From assembly GCA_964655915.1 (NCBI GenBank), contig CAZZNV010000003.1, forward strand, positions 15,299-79,298: a stretch of DNA of 64,000 nucleotides. The letters are read 5' to 3'. Source of the stretch: an uncultured Azospirillaceae bacterium (GTDB taxonomy: Bacteria; Pseudomonadota; Alphaproteobacteria; RF32; CAG-239). The stretch's first letter is position 1. Each line of letters opens with the position of its first letter. The translations under genes and the position numbers were made by a program. Below, in pieces: positions 19,097 through 28,069 of the stretch. Below the pieces are notes generated by a model. That model searched no databases. It saw nothing but the letters and a program-made list of their open reading frames with translations, and had not been told where the DNA came from.

Positions 19097-21073
19097 CTAC
19101 TTCACCAGACAGTTTTTAACGGCATCAACAACTTCCTCAACCGTTATGCCGAAATAGTTATACAATTGCTCAGCCGGTCCCGACGCACCAAAACCGTCCA
19201 TGCCGATGACATCGCCCTTCAGACCGACGTATTTTTCCCAACCGAATTTAGATGCGGCCTCAACAGCTACGCGCGGACAATTGCCGAGAACGCTCTCCTG
19301 ATAATCAATCGGTTGTTTATCAAACAATTCTGTACAGGGCATGGACACAACTGCAACATCTATCTTCTCTTCCTTTAACTTATTCATTGCCTCTATCGCC
19401 AAGGAAACTTCAGAACCGGTTGCTATAATCGTCGCCTGCCGTTTTTTATTTTCACCGGCTATGATATAGCCGCCGCGAGCCACGAGATTTTCTTCAGTAG
19501 ATTTGCGTAATGTCGGTAAGTTCTGGCGGCTTAACACCAACAAACTCGGTTCATGCTCATTTTCCAAAGCAATCTGCCAAGCCTCCGCCGTTTCCACCAC
19601 ATCGCACGGACGAAATGTTAACACATTCGGCATACAACGATAAGACGCCAAATGTTCAATCGGCTGATGGGTCGGCCCATCTTCTCCCACACCTATCGAA
19701 TCATGCGTTAAAACATATACGACTCTTATTCCCATTAATGCGGCGAGCCTTATCGACGGGCGCATATAATCTGAAAAAACAAAAAACGTACCTCCAAAAG
19801 GTATGATGCCGCCATGCAGAGCCATACCGTTCATCACCGCCGCCATAGCATGTTCCCTGATACCATACATGACATTATTGCCGTTATAATCGGTTGATGT
19901 TATTGTTTTTGAAGCCTTTGTCAGCGTCAAATTAGAGGCTGCCAAATCCGCTGACCCGCCAACAATCTCCGGAACATGGGGAACAATCGCCTCCAAACAC
20001 ATCTGCGAGGCTTTACGCGTTGCAATTTTTAGCTGTTCGGCAATTGCGTTTTCTTTAACCTTGTTAAGTTCTTTATCCCACCCTTTGGGAAGCTTCCCTT
20101 CAATTGCATCCTTAAACTTTTGCCCTTTAGACTTTGCACACGCACGCCATTTTTCAAACGAATCATGGCCGCGAGAACCAGCAGAACGCCATATTTTAAG
20201 AATATCCTCCGGCACTTCAAACGGAGCATGTGTCCAGTTTAATCGGGCGCGCATTTGAGCGGCCTCTTCAGCGCCCAATGGCGAGCCGTGGCACTTAGAT
20301 GTTCCTTCTTTGGTCGGAGCGCCAAAACCTATTGTTGTCTTGCAAGCAATCAAAACTGGACGGTCTGACTTTTGCGCCGCTTCGATTGCATTAGAAATTT
20401 CTTCATAATCATGCCCGTTTATTGACAACGTTTTCCAGCCGGCGGCTTCAAAATGTTTACACTGGTCTACCGAAGAGGCATCGGAAACATGCCCGTCAAT
20501 TGTGACGTCATTATTATCCCAAAAGACTATCAACTTGTTTAATTTCCAGTGTCCGGCCAGTGACAGTGCCTCTTCTGAGATACCTTCCATCAGGCAACCG
20601 TCTCCGGCAATTACATAGGTATAGTGCGAGCAAACGTCCTCACCCCAACGTGCGGCAACTATTCTTTCAGCCAAAGCCATTCCCACGGCGGAAGATATTC
20701 CTTGCCCCAGAGGCCCCGTTGTCATATCTATTCCTGACAGATGCCCGTATTCCGGATGCCCTGCCGTTTTTGCTCCCAATTGACGGAAATTTTTTATATC
20801 TTCAATATCAATATCCGGATACCCTGTCAGATACAGGAGAGAATATAACAACATAGATCCGTGCCCTGCTGAAAGAACGAATCTGTCTCTGTCAAACCAA
20901 CGTGGATTTTTTGCGTCAAATTTCAAATATTTGGAGAACAAAACCGTAGCCACATCTGCCATTCCGAGCGGCATTCCTGGGTGTCCCGATTTTGATTTTT
21001 CAATAGCATCCACCGATAAAAAACGAATTGCATCAGCCATTTTTTGTTCTGTATCATAATTTTTATTACTCAT
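19097..21073 (-). CDS. tkt: Transketolase
   Basis: SGHPG, ThDP motif GDGCLMEGIS.EA, DNN..TIDG, GIREHAM, THDSIGVGEDGPTHQP. Confidence 0.95.
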   Translation of the reverse strand: MSNKNYDTEQKMADAIRFLSVDAIEKSKSGHPGMPLGMADVATVLFSKYLKFDAKNPRWFDRDRFVLSAGHGSMLLYSLLYLTGYPDIDIEDIKNFRQLGAKTAGHPEYGHLSGIDMTTGPLGQGISSAVGMALAERIVAARWGEDVCSHYTYVIAGDGCLMEGISEEALSLAGHWKLNKLIVFWDNNDVTIDGHVSDASSVDQCKHFEAAGWKTLSINGHDYEEISNAIEAAQKSDRPVLIACKTTIGFGAPTKEGTSKCHGSPLGAEEAAQMRARLNWTHAPFEVPEDILKIWRSAGSRGHDSFEKWRACAKSKGQKFKDAIEGKLPKGWDKELNKVKENAIAEQLKIATRKASQMCLEAIVPHVPEIVGGSADLAASNLTLTKASKTITSTDYNGNNVMYGIREHAMAAVMNGMALHGGIIPFGGTFFVFSDYMRPSIRLAALMGIRVVYVLTHDSIGVGEDGPTHQPIEHLASYRCMPNVLTFRPCDVVETAEAWQIALENEHEPSLLVLSRQNLPTLRKSTEENLVARGGYIIAGENKKRQATIIATGSEVSLAIEAMNKLKEEKIDVAVVSMPCTELFDKQPIDYQESVLGNCPRVAVEAASKFGWEKYVGLKGDVIGMDGFGASGPAEQLYNYFGITVEEVVDAVKNCLVK

Positions 21074-21089
21074 GAAAAATCTCCATTAT

Positions 21090-21695
21090 TTATTGACAGC
21101 AACTGCGACACCCACACTCAGGAGCAGGAACTTCAATCGTTTTAACGATTGTCTTTTCCATATACATTGGGTCTTTTTGCACATTGTAGCGATATTTAAC
21201 ATCAAAAGTGCGTTGATTATATAAGTGTTCTTCCCGACTAACATCTAACCCCAGTAATATTTCAAAGGGTTCATATCCTTCAGGAACTCTTACTTTTACC
21301 GCGTGTCCCTTAAATTCTTTTTCCTTTTCATCTTTTCCGACCATAACACTTTCTGAATAAGCCTTTTTACCGATAAACGCCGGCGGTCCTTTGACTGTTT
21401 CCGTATAAAAACCGAAATCAACTCTGGTTTCATCCGAATCTCTCAGGCGATGCACTACAAATAACGGGGTAATCATTGCATATCTTCGGTTAACATTATT
21501 TTCCCACGAACAATAGCCTTCGTATCCGACGAGTTCAATTTGAAACTCATCTTCATAGTTTACCTTTTGTGTTACGTAGGCTGTATCTCTCGGAATTGTT
21601 ACATAAGGACAAAGCGGCGCACCGGAATTTCCAAACCACGAACATGATGCCAAGAATCCAACCATTATGACTAAACATTTTTTTAACATCAGCAA
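21090..21695 (-). CDS. Hypothetical lipoprotein with a Cys-rich C-terminus
   Basis: Signal peptide plus lipobox (GFLASCS). The C-terminus ends ...APECGCRSCCQ, with four Cys in the last eight residues. It sits tightly between the RNA methyltransferase gene and tkt (26 and 16 nt gaps). Confidence 0.6.
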   Translation of the reverse strand: MLMLKKCLVIMVGFLASCSWFGNSGAPLCPYVTIPRDTAYVTQKVNYEDEFQIELVGYEGYCSWENNVNRRYAMITPLFVVHRLRDSDETRVDFGFYTETVKGPPAFIGKKAYSESVMVGKDEKEKEFKGHAVKVRVPEGYEPFEILLGLDVSREEHLYNQRTFDVKYRYNVQKDPMYMEKTIVKTIEVPAPECGCRSCCQ

Positions 21696-21721
21696 CTCCT
21701 CGACAACACTATATAAAACAT

Positions 21722-22858
21722 CTACCCTTTTGTAAACAGGGCGACAAGTTCGCTGTGGTTAGAATAAACAAATTGATCAACCAGCGTTACCTCTTCTAAG
21801 GAATAACCCGCCGATAATAATGTGTTCGCATCATTGACAAAAGTTTGCGGATTGCAAGACACTGCTATTATTTTTGACGGAGATTCCGCAATCGGCATGG
21901 CGGCTATTTTCTTTACCTGAGCGGCAGCTCCGGCACGAGGAGGATCAAAAACAATGACATCAAAGCCTCTCAACTCATCTTCATCCAGAGGATATTTAAA
22001 TAAATTTCTCGCCATCGTTTTTATATTATTTATCATATATTTATCAGCCGTCGCCTTAAAACCTTTTAACAAATCCTCCGAAGAATCGGCCGCCAAAACT
22101 TGATTGCCGACCAATGACGCCAAATGATAAGAAAACGTTCCTACCCCGCAAAACAAATCCGCTATTTTACCACGAGTTTCGCCCAAATATTTCAAAACCA
22201 GCGAGGCTAAAGCTCCTTCGCCTTCTTTAGACGGTTGTAAAAATGAGGCCCCCGGAACAAAAACATCGTAACCGGCAATATTTACAACCGGACGCACTTT
22301 TTCCAGAATCGGCTCCGAAATGCTAAAAACCTTGCGACGATGGGATATTCTGATTACATTGTGCCAATTTTGCGCTTGTTCAAAAATTTCCATACGATGC
22401 GCCAACTCTAACGGAGCATCATATTCCAAAACAACATCAATCCCATTATCTGCCGAATACAGCCAAACATCACCCTTTTCAATGTTTTTTGAAATGATTT
22501 TACGCCCTTTCTTTTCGGTGTAGGGTATTTTGCAAATATCTTCCAACAGTCGTCGCAAAGGATTGAGCACGGAATTTAATTCCGGAGTCAGTAAACTGCA
22601 TGATGTTATGTCTATTATTTCATTGCTTGAGGCGGCATTAAACCCCATCAGCAATTTTCCTTTCTGCCGACAAAAAGCTAAACTTGCCCGCCGACGTGTG
22701 CCGTCCGAAATAAAAACGGGTTCGCCTGTTTTGATATTTGATTGGTGAACGGCTGACAGTGTTTTCTCAAATCTTGCACATTTCTCCCGACGATATGCAG
22801 CCTCCCCCAAATGACGAAGCGGGCAACCGCCGCATTTTTCTTTTAGGGCGCAAGTCAT
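21722..22858 (-). CDS. Class I SAM-dependent RNA (uracil-5-)methyltransferase, RumA/TrmA family (no TRAM domain)
   Basis: N-terminal Cys cluster (C..KCGGCPLRH, ...C). SAM motif I DLFCGVGTF, FDPPRAGA, and the catalytic Cys motif AVSCNPQTF. Confidence 0.8.
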   Translation of the reverse strand: MTCALKEKCGGCPLRHLGEAAYRREKCARFEKTLSAVHQSNIKTGEPVFISDGTRRRASLAFCRQKGKLLMGFNAASSNEIIDITSCSLLTPELNSVLNPLRRLLEDICKIPYTEKKGRKIISKNIEKGDVWLYSADNGIDVVLEYDAPLELAHRMEIFEQAQNWHNVIRISHRRKVFSISEPILEKVRPVVNIAGYDVFVPGASFLQPSKEGEGALASLVLKYLGETRGKIADLFCGVGTFSYHLASLVGNQVLAADSSEDLLKGFKATADKYMINNIKTMARNLFKYPLDEDELRGFDVIVFDPPRAGAAAQVKKIAAMPIAESPSKIIAVSCNPQTFVNDANTLLSAGYSLEEVTLVDQFVYSNHSELVALFTKG

Positions 22859-24612
22859 TTATCACCTTTATCCGGAGTTTGAGGAATATTCGGGGTCGGG
22901 GTAATCGGACGAGACGGAATAAACTCCGGCACATTTCCTTTTGTAGACGCCCCGTCCAACAGCGAGATTTCCACGTTATTCTCCTTATCGAACACGGGAT
23001 GACGATTTTGGCTTTCATCTCGACGTTCCGGCAATTTTTGCCCTTCAAAATCCTTCATATCGTTAACGGTAAAAGATTCTACTCGGTTACGCCCGTTTTG
23101 TTTTGCTTTATAAAGCGCTTCGTCAGACATCTTAACTAATGTATCAATATTATCCGATGTATCCGACGAAGACACCCCTATACTTACCGTAAATTTTACC
23201 TCTTGATTGTTATCAGACATGACAACTACTTCAGAAATGCTTTCTCGCAAACGGTTGGCAACCCCGTACGCCTGTTCAATACCAATTCCCGGCAAGAAAA
23301 CAACAAATTCTTCGCCGCCATAGCGTGCTACAATATCTTTATCACGCAGAGCTTTTTCTGCCGTGGAAGCCAGCTCTATCAAAACCTTATCACCTGTTTT
23401 ATGCCCGTAGGTATCGTTAACTTTTTTGAAAAAGTCGGCATCAATCATCATTACGCTGAAAGGAGAAGCTTCCGCTTTTGCCTTTTTAATTTGGGAAGCA
23501 ACCTCTTCTTCAAAATAACGACGATTATACAAGCCGGTCAGAGGATCTCGAGTAGCCTGATTTTTCAACAATGCTTCTCTGTTCTTGCGTGAGGTAATAT
23601 CCTGAAATGCCGAATACAACACAACATCGTAGTTATAGTCAATTATATTAGCCGAGGTCAACAACCAGAAAGGTTCATTTGTTATCGGCGTTTTTACCAG
23701 AATTTCAAAATCTTGAACAACCCGCTCCTGCTCCAAGCGTTCGTTTAACAAACGACGATTTTCCGAATCGGCAAAAAGATCTTTAAAGTGATATCTGTCC
23801 AGTTCGCTTTCTTTAATACCAAACATTTTAAGAGCTGTTCCGTTTGCCAGAATTATCTTGTCATCAACAACTCTGGAAATAATTATCGGGAAAGGAGAAT
23901 ATTTGATGATTTCTTCAATCTGCTTATTGTTTTTTTCAATCTCAGACAAGGTTACATCCAATTTTCCCTGAACTTTGTTTGTATAAATCATCAGGAAGGA
24001 AAGGCCCAAAACCAAATACAACATCATCGGCACAAACCATAACTGCTCCCATATGGAAGCGACAAATCCGATGAAAGGCAGCAAATATACCGCGCCAATG
24101 AAGCTAACGCACAGCGCGGCAACAATATATCCACTCCGGTTCTTTTGCCTGGCCTCAAGCCACAAACTTAGAGCCACATAAGAGAAACCGGCCAAAGGGA
24201 ATACACGGCACATATTCCTTATCATGAATCCATCAGGCGACAAAAACAAAAAGAACACTATCGCAAACAAGCCCAATCCGCCAATTCCCAATGTAACAGA
24301 CTTATTGGGATAACCATGAATCAGGAATTGTGAAGCCGACAAAGACATTAAAAGCATGGAAATTAAATACAAAAAAGCTTGCGCAAACAAATATAGAATT
24401 TCGTTTCCGCCTTCTTCATAGTACATCAGTTGAACCTGACTGCCGAAAGCCTGCGCACCAAAACCCACAAGCAACGCCCAATACAACAACCACAAAGGAG
24501 CTTTAATCTGCTCAAAACGTGCACTATATGATGTTATGAAGAATAAAACACCCAAAACGGACAATGTTGCTTTCCAGTAGATGGGCTGACTAAAAATATT
24601 AAAAATTTCCAT
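22855..24612 (-). CDS. Membrane-anchored PAS-GGDEF diguanylate cyclase
   Basis: About 7 N-terminal TM helices, a PAS-like segment, and a GGDEF domain with an intact RYGGEEF active site. An RxxD I-site (RDKD) sits at the canonical spacing upstream. A ~90-aa P/T-rich C-terminal tail follows. The stop overlaps the next gene's start (ATGA at 22855-22858). Confidence 0.9.
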   Translation of the reverse strand: MEIFNIFSQPIYWKATLSVLGVLFFITSYSARFEQIKAPLWLLYWALLVGFGAQAFGSQVQLMYYEEGGNEILYLFAQAFLYLISMLLMSLSASQFLIHGYPNKSVTLGIGGLGLFAIVFFLFLSPDGFMIRNMCRVFPLAGFSYVALSLWLEARQKNRSGYIVAALCVSFIGAVYLLPFIGFVASIWEQLWFVPMMLYLVLGLSFLMIYTNKVQGKLDVTLSEIEKNNKQIEEIIKYSPFPIIISRVVDDKIILANGTALKMFGIKESELDRYHFKDLFADSENRRLLNERLEQERVVQDFEILVKTPITNEPFWLLTSANIIDYNYDVVLYSAFQDITSRKNREALLKNQATRDPLTGLYNRRYFEEEVASQIKKAKAEASPFSVMMIDADFFKKVNDTYGHKTGDKVLIELASTAEKALRDKDIVARYGGEEFVVFLPGIGIEQAYGVANRLRESISEVVVMSDNNQEVKFTVSIGVSSSDTSDNIDTLVKMSDEALYKAKQNGRNRVESFTVNDMKDFEGQKLPERRDESQNRHPVFDKENNVEISLLDGASTKGNVPEFIPSRPITPTPNIPQTPDKGDK

Positions 24613-24765
24613 TTTGCTTCCTTGCCATGTTCATAATTTTATTTAAGATTAATCAAAGATTGTTAAAATAAATTAAATTCCGAAACATATAAAAAAATTG
24701 ATGAATATTTAATTGTTTTGGAATAGGATAGACTTTGCCGAGGATAAACAGTAAAGGGAAATAAC

Positions 24766-25932
24766 ATGACAAATAATGTTCCAAACCACTTTAGCCACGC
24801 ATTTGAACTTAATGTTGACCGCTTGCCGACGCGCAGCTCTGACAGAACCAGTTGGCAATTCCAGCTTCCCGGCATTGTTTTCGGCTTTTTGCTCGCTTGT
24901 TTAGGACTGATGGAATATTTTCACAGTTTTCGGCAATCTGACAGTGTGTTTGACGACATAACCCAGAAAACAGACACTTTGCTTTATCATTCTTTCTTAA
25001 GCCCTGCTTTTTTTGATTTTTTATTCATCGTAGTTGGCGGCGGAATGGTTGTTGCCAGTATAGCCTCTTATATTCGCTACAAAAAGATAATCTTTGACGG
25101 TAAAAATGTTTCTGTAACTTATCGCCCCGCTTTGGGTGAAAAAACATCATTCAAAGAAAATCTGAAAAATTACTATGGCGTTCGTTTTCGTATTGAGTTT
25201 TTTCAGTACGGTTTTCTGAACAGAAATAAGTATATTATAGAACTTTATCATAAGAATCCGAGTAAAATTATTCCCCTCTATATTTCGTTGTCCAGTAAAA
25301 ACATTCGCCACGTTTGGAAGGAATACGCCCGCAAGCTGAACTTGCCCGCTTTGGCCGACACAGAATCCGGCGTTATTGTCCGCGATATTAAAACTTTTGA
25401 TAAATCCATCAAGGAAATGGCTGAACTCGGTTACATCATTGATGAATATGACACTTATGAAAAAATGCCGGAGACTGTCGATTATGTTAAAAAGTCCGAT
25501 AAAATTGTTCTTAAAGCCAGAAAAATTGTGTGGGATGCCTATAACTTTTTAGTTCTTGCCGTTTTGTTGGTTATGGCCGGCCTGATGTTTGCCATCGGTT
25601 CTTTCGCACAAGCTTCTCCCTTGCTTTGGGGCACTTGTATTCTCGGGTGTTTACTTATGGTTATGGCCATCTTTATTTTATTCCGAAAGGAAAAAATCGT
25701 TATTAAACGACATAAGCTGGTCAATACGCATAAGTATATGTTCTTTTCCACCAAGCACGATGAAATGGAAAAAATTGACATCAAGGCCATAGATATTACT
25801 GAGAATCCCGTTAGCGGGCGCTATTTTGTCGGCATTATATCTGATGATAAAACCATAACTTTCGGATCCAAGCTCCCTATTAATGACCTGAAATGGATTA
25901 AAAAGTTTCTTATCCACGAGATTATTAAGTGA
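24766..25932 (+). CDS. Hypothetical membrane protein made of two 2TM + beta-rich (bacterial PH-like) modules
   Basis: Two TM hairpins (about aa 35-52/80-103 and 258-280/286-307). Each is followed by a ~90-aa beta-rich segment ending in a helix, the topology typical of bPH/DUF304-like domains. Fold assignment is inference. Confidence 0.6.
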   Translation: MTNNVPNHFSHAFELNVDRLPTRSSDRTSWQFQLPGIVFGFLLACLGLMEYFHSFRQSDSVFDDITQKTDTLLYHSFLSPAFFDFLFIVVGGGMVVASIASYIRYKKIIFDGKNVSVTYRPALGEKTSFKENLKNYYGVRFRIEFFQYGFLNRNKYIIELYHKNPSKIIPLYISLSSKNIRHVWKEYARKLNLPALADTESGVIVRDIKTFDKSIKEMAELGYIIDEYDTYEKMPETVDYVKKSDKIVLKARKIVWDAYNFLVLAVLLVMAGLMFAIGSFAQASPLLWGTCILGCLLMVMAIFILFRKEKIVIKRHKLVNTHKYMFFSTKHDEMEKIDIKAIDITENPVSGRYFVGIISDDKTITFGSKLPINDLKWIKKFLIHEIIK

Positions 25933-26021
25933 GAAAAGTGGGTGATTGAAAAAAATTCTTTGCTATCTTGAACGTTATCAGCTATATATATACCCAGATT
26001 GTTTAGGCTAAGGAGATTTTT

Positions 26022-26708
26022 ATGAAAAAAGCCAGTAATGATATATTGAAAAATGATGCCCTTTTGAAGGAAATTGATACGGATTTGAAAAATGAGCAAC
26101 TGAAAAGCCTTTGGGATCAGTATGGCTTGTTTATTATCCTGTTTGTTGCGTTGTCTTTAACCGCAGCCGTCAGTTTTGAAACATTTAAAGCTTGGAATGC
26201 CAAACGCGACCAAGAATTGTCCAACGCTTATGCCGTTGCCGTTTCATTACAGAACCAAGGGCGTTTTGAAGAGAGTTTATCTTTGCTGCAAAATTTAACA
26301 AACAGTCGCAGAGGTGTTTACAAAGATATTGCCAATCTTCAAATTGCCAATATTTATCTGGAGCAAGGGAAAAACGCCGAGGCTGTCGAACTTTTGAGAC
26401 AACTGGCCGACAACAGCAGAGCCAATCCGCAAATGCGTGATATTGCAAAAGTCAAACTCGCATCTTATTTGTTAGATACAGACGCCTCTGCCGATGAAAT
26501 TTCTTCCTTGCTTCAACCGCTGACGGACGACGACAAAAGTTGGTCTGGAGTCGCTCATGAGCTTTTGGCTATGTTGGCTATTCGTGACGGGAATCTTGAA
26601 GAGGCAAAGAACCAATATTCTTTGATTGTAAAAATTGAGGGTATTCAAGATGGTTTGCGCAGTCGCGCCAGAGATATGATTGCTATTATTGACGAACAGC
26701 AAAATTAA
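26022..26708 (+). CDS. YfgM-like TPR membrane-anchored protein
   Basis: One N-terminal TM helix followed by a TPR-like periplasmic domain. It lies directly upstream of bamB-der, as in the E. coli yfgM-bamB-der arrangement. Confidence 0.7.
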   Translation: MKKASNDILKNDALLKEIDTDLKNEQLKSLWDQYGLFIILFVALSLTAAVSFETFKAWNAKRDQELSNAYAVAVSLQNQGRFEESLSLLQNLTNSRRGVYKDIANLQIANIYLEQGKNAEAVELLRQLADNSRANPQMRDIAKVKLASYLLDTDASADEISSLLQPLTDDDKSWSGVAHELLAMLAIRDGNLEEAKNQYSLIVKIEGIQDGLRSRARDMIAIIDEQQN

Positions 26709-26729
26709 AAACTTCCCACGGAGAATTAG

Positions 26730-28061
26730 ATGTCTGCAAAAAATTTTAAAACCTTTGCTTTGTGTTTTTTGATTGCAGGGCTTGGAGGGTGCGGTTTGTT
26801 TGGGAAAAACAAACTGGATATTGAGGGTGAAAGAATCAGTGTCATCACTGAAAACAGTGATTTATCCCCCGATTATGAAGCCGGTGAATATAAAATTAAA
26901 CTCCCCAAACCTTATGACAACAATAAATGGTCACAAAATGGCGGTAATTCCATGCACCTTATGGGGCATTTGAGTGCAGATAATACACTGCGCGAGCAGT
27001 GGAGTGCAAATTTTGGCGCCGGCAGTTCAAAGCGTGATTTTTTGATTGCTGCTCCCATTATTGACCATCAGGCCGTGTTTGCTGTTGATGCGGACGGAGT
27101 AGTAAGCGCTTATCACTTGGATACGGGAAAAAGAATCTGGAAAAAACGCTTAAAACCAATGTTGCGTGAAGATAAAAACACTGCTATGAAAGGCGCCGGT
27201 TTAGCCGAATTTAATAAGAAAATTTACGCCACGACCGGTTTTGGCGGCGTTTTCTGTTTGGACATGGTCAACGGCAAAGAAATATGGCGAAAAGATTTGG
27301 GGTTGCCTATCCGTGTTGCACCGACAGTTAACGCTTCAAAAATATTTGTGCAGACAATTGATAATACTTTTTACGCACTTGATGCTGAAAACGGTGAAGA
27401 ATTGTGGAAAAACACGACCGACTTTGAGAACACAACCTTGGTTGGCGCAGCAAGTCCTGCCTATAATCCGGATTTGGACGTTGTTATTGCCGCTTTCTCA
27501 AACGGCGAGTTGAGAGCATTTAAAGCCAGTACAGGGACGCCTTTATGGGTGGATATGCTCATCTCAAAACGAAAAACAAATTCATTAGCCAATATTACAG
27601 CGATTAGAGCGAATCCGGTTATTGACGGAAACAAAGTCTTTGCCGTCGGCTACAACAGTATCTTAGCCGCCATCGATTTACGCACGGGGAATCGTTTGTG
27701 GGAACGGGAATTGGGGAGCAACAATCAACCGTGGATTTCCGGTAACTACCTGTATGTATTGACCAATGATTTTAATCTGTTGGCTCTAAACAAAGAAACA
27801 GGAAAGATTATTTGGAACACGACTATTCCGACGGGAGAAGATTTGGAAGACCGTGACGGAATTTTTGGAACAGGTCCGTTGCTGGCCTCAAACAGGCTAT
27901 TGGTTGCAATGTCGAATGGGTATGTCTTTTCGGTTTCTCCTTACACCGGCGAAATCATGGGCTATGTTTCTGTCGACGATGGTGTTGAATTGCCACCGAT
28001 TATGGCAAATAAAGTTTTGTTGCTCACAACACGTGATGCTGACATAATTGCTTATAAGTAA
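26730..28061 (+). CDS. bamB: Outer membrane protein assembly factor BamB (PQQ-like beta-propeller lipoprotein)
   Basis: Lipobox (IAGLGGCG). Repeated beta-propeller blades with W/G-rich motifs (G..+W+). Synteny yfgM-bamB-der. Confidence 0.85.
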   Translation: MSAKNFKTFALCFLIAGLGGCGLFGKNKLDIEGERISVITENSDLSPDYEAGEYKIKLPKPYDNNKWSQNGGNSMHLMGHLSADNTLREQWSANFGAGSSKRDFLIAAPIIDHQAVFAVDADGVVSAYHLDTGKRIWKKRLKPMLREDKNTAMKGAGLAEFNKKIYATTGFGGVFCLDMVNGKEIWRKDLGLPIRVAPTVNASKIFVQTIDNTFYALDAENGEELWKNTTDFENTTLVGAASPAYNPDLDVVIAAFSNGELRAFKASTGTPLWVDMLISKRKTNSLANITAIRANPVIDGNKVFAVGYNSILAAIDLRTGNRLWERELGSNNQPWISGNYLYVLTNDFNLLALNKETGKIIWNTTIPTGEDLEDRDGIFGTGPLLASNRLLVAMSNGYVFSVSPYTGEIMGYVSVDDGVELPPIMANKVLLLTTRDADIIAYK

Positions 28062-28069
28062 GGTGAAAG

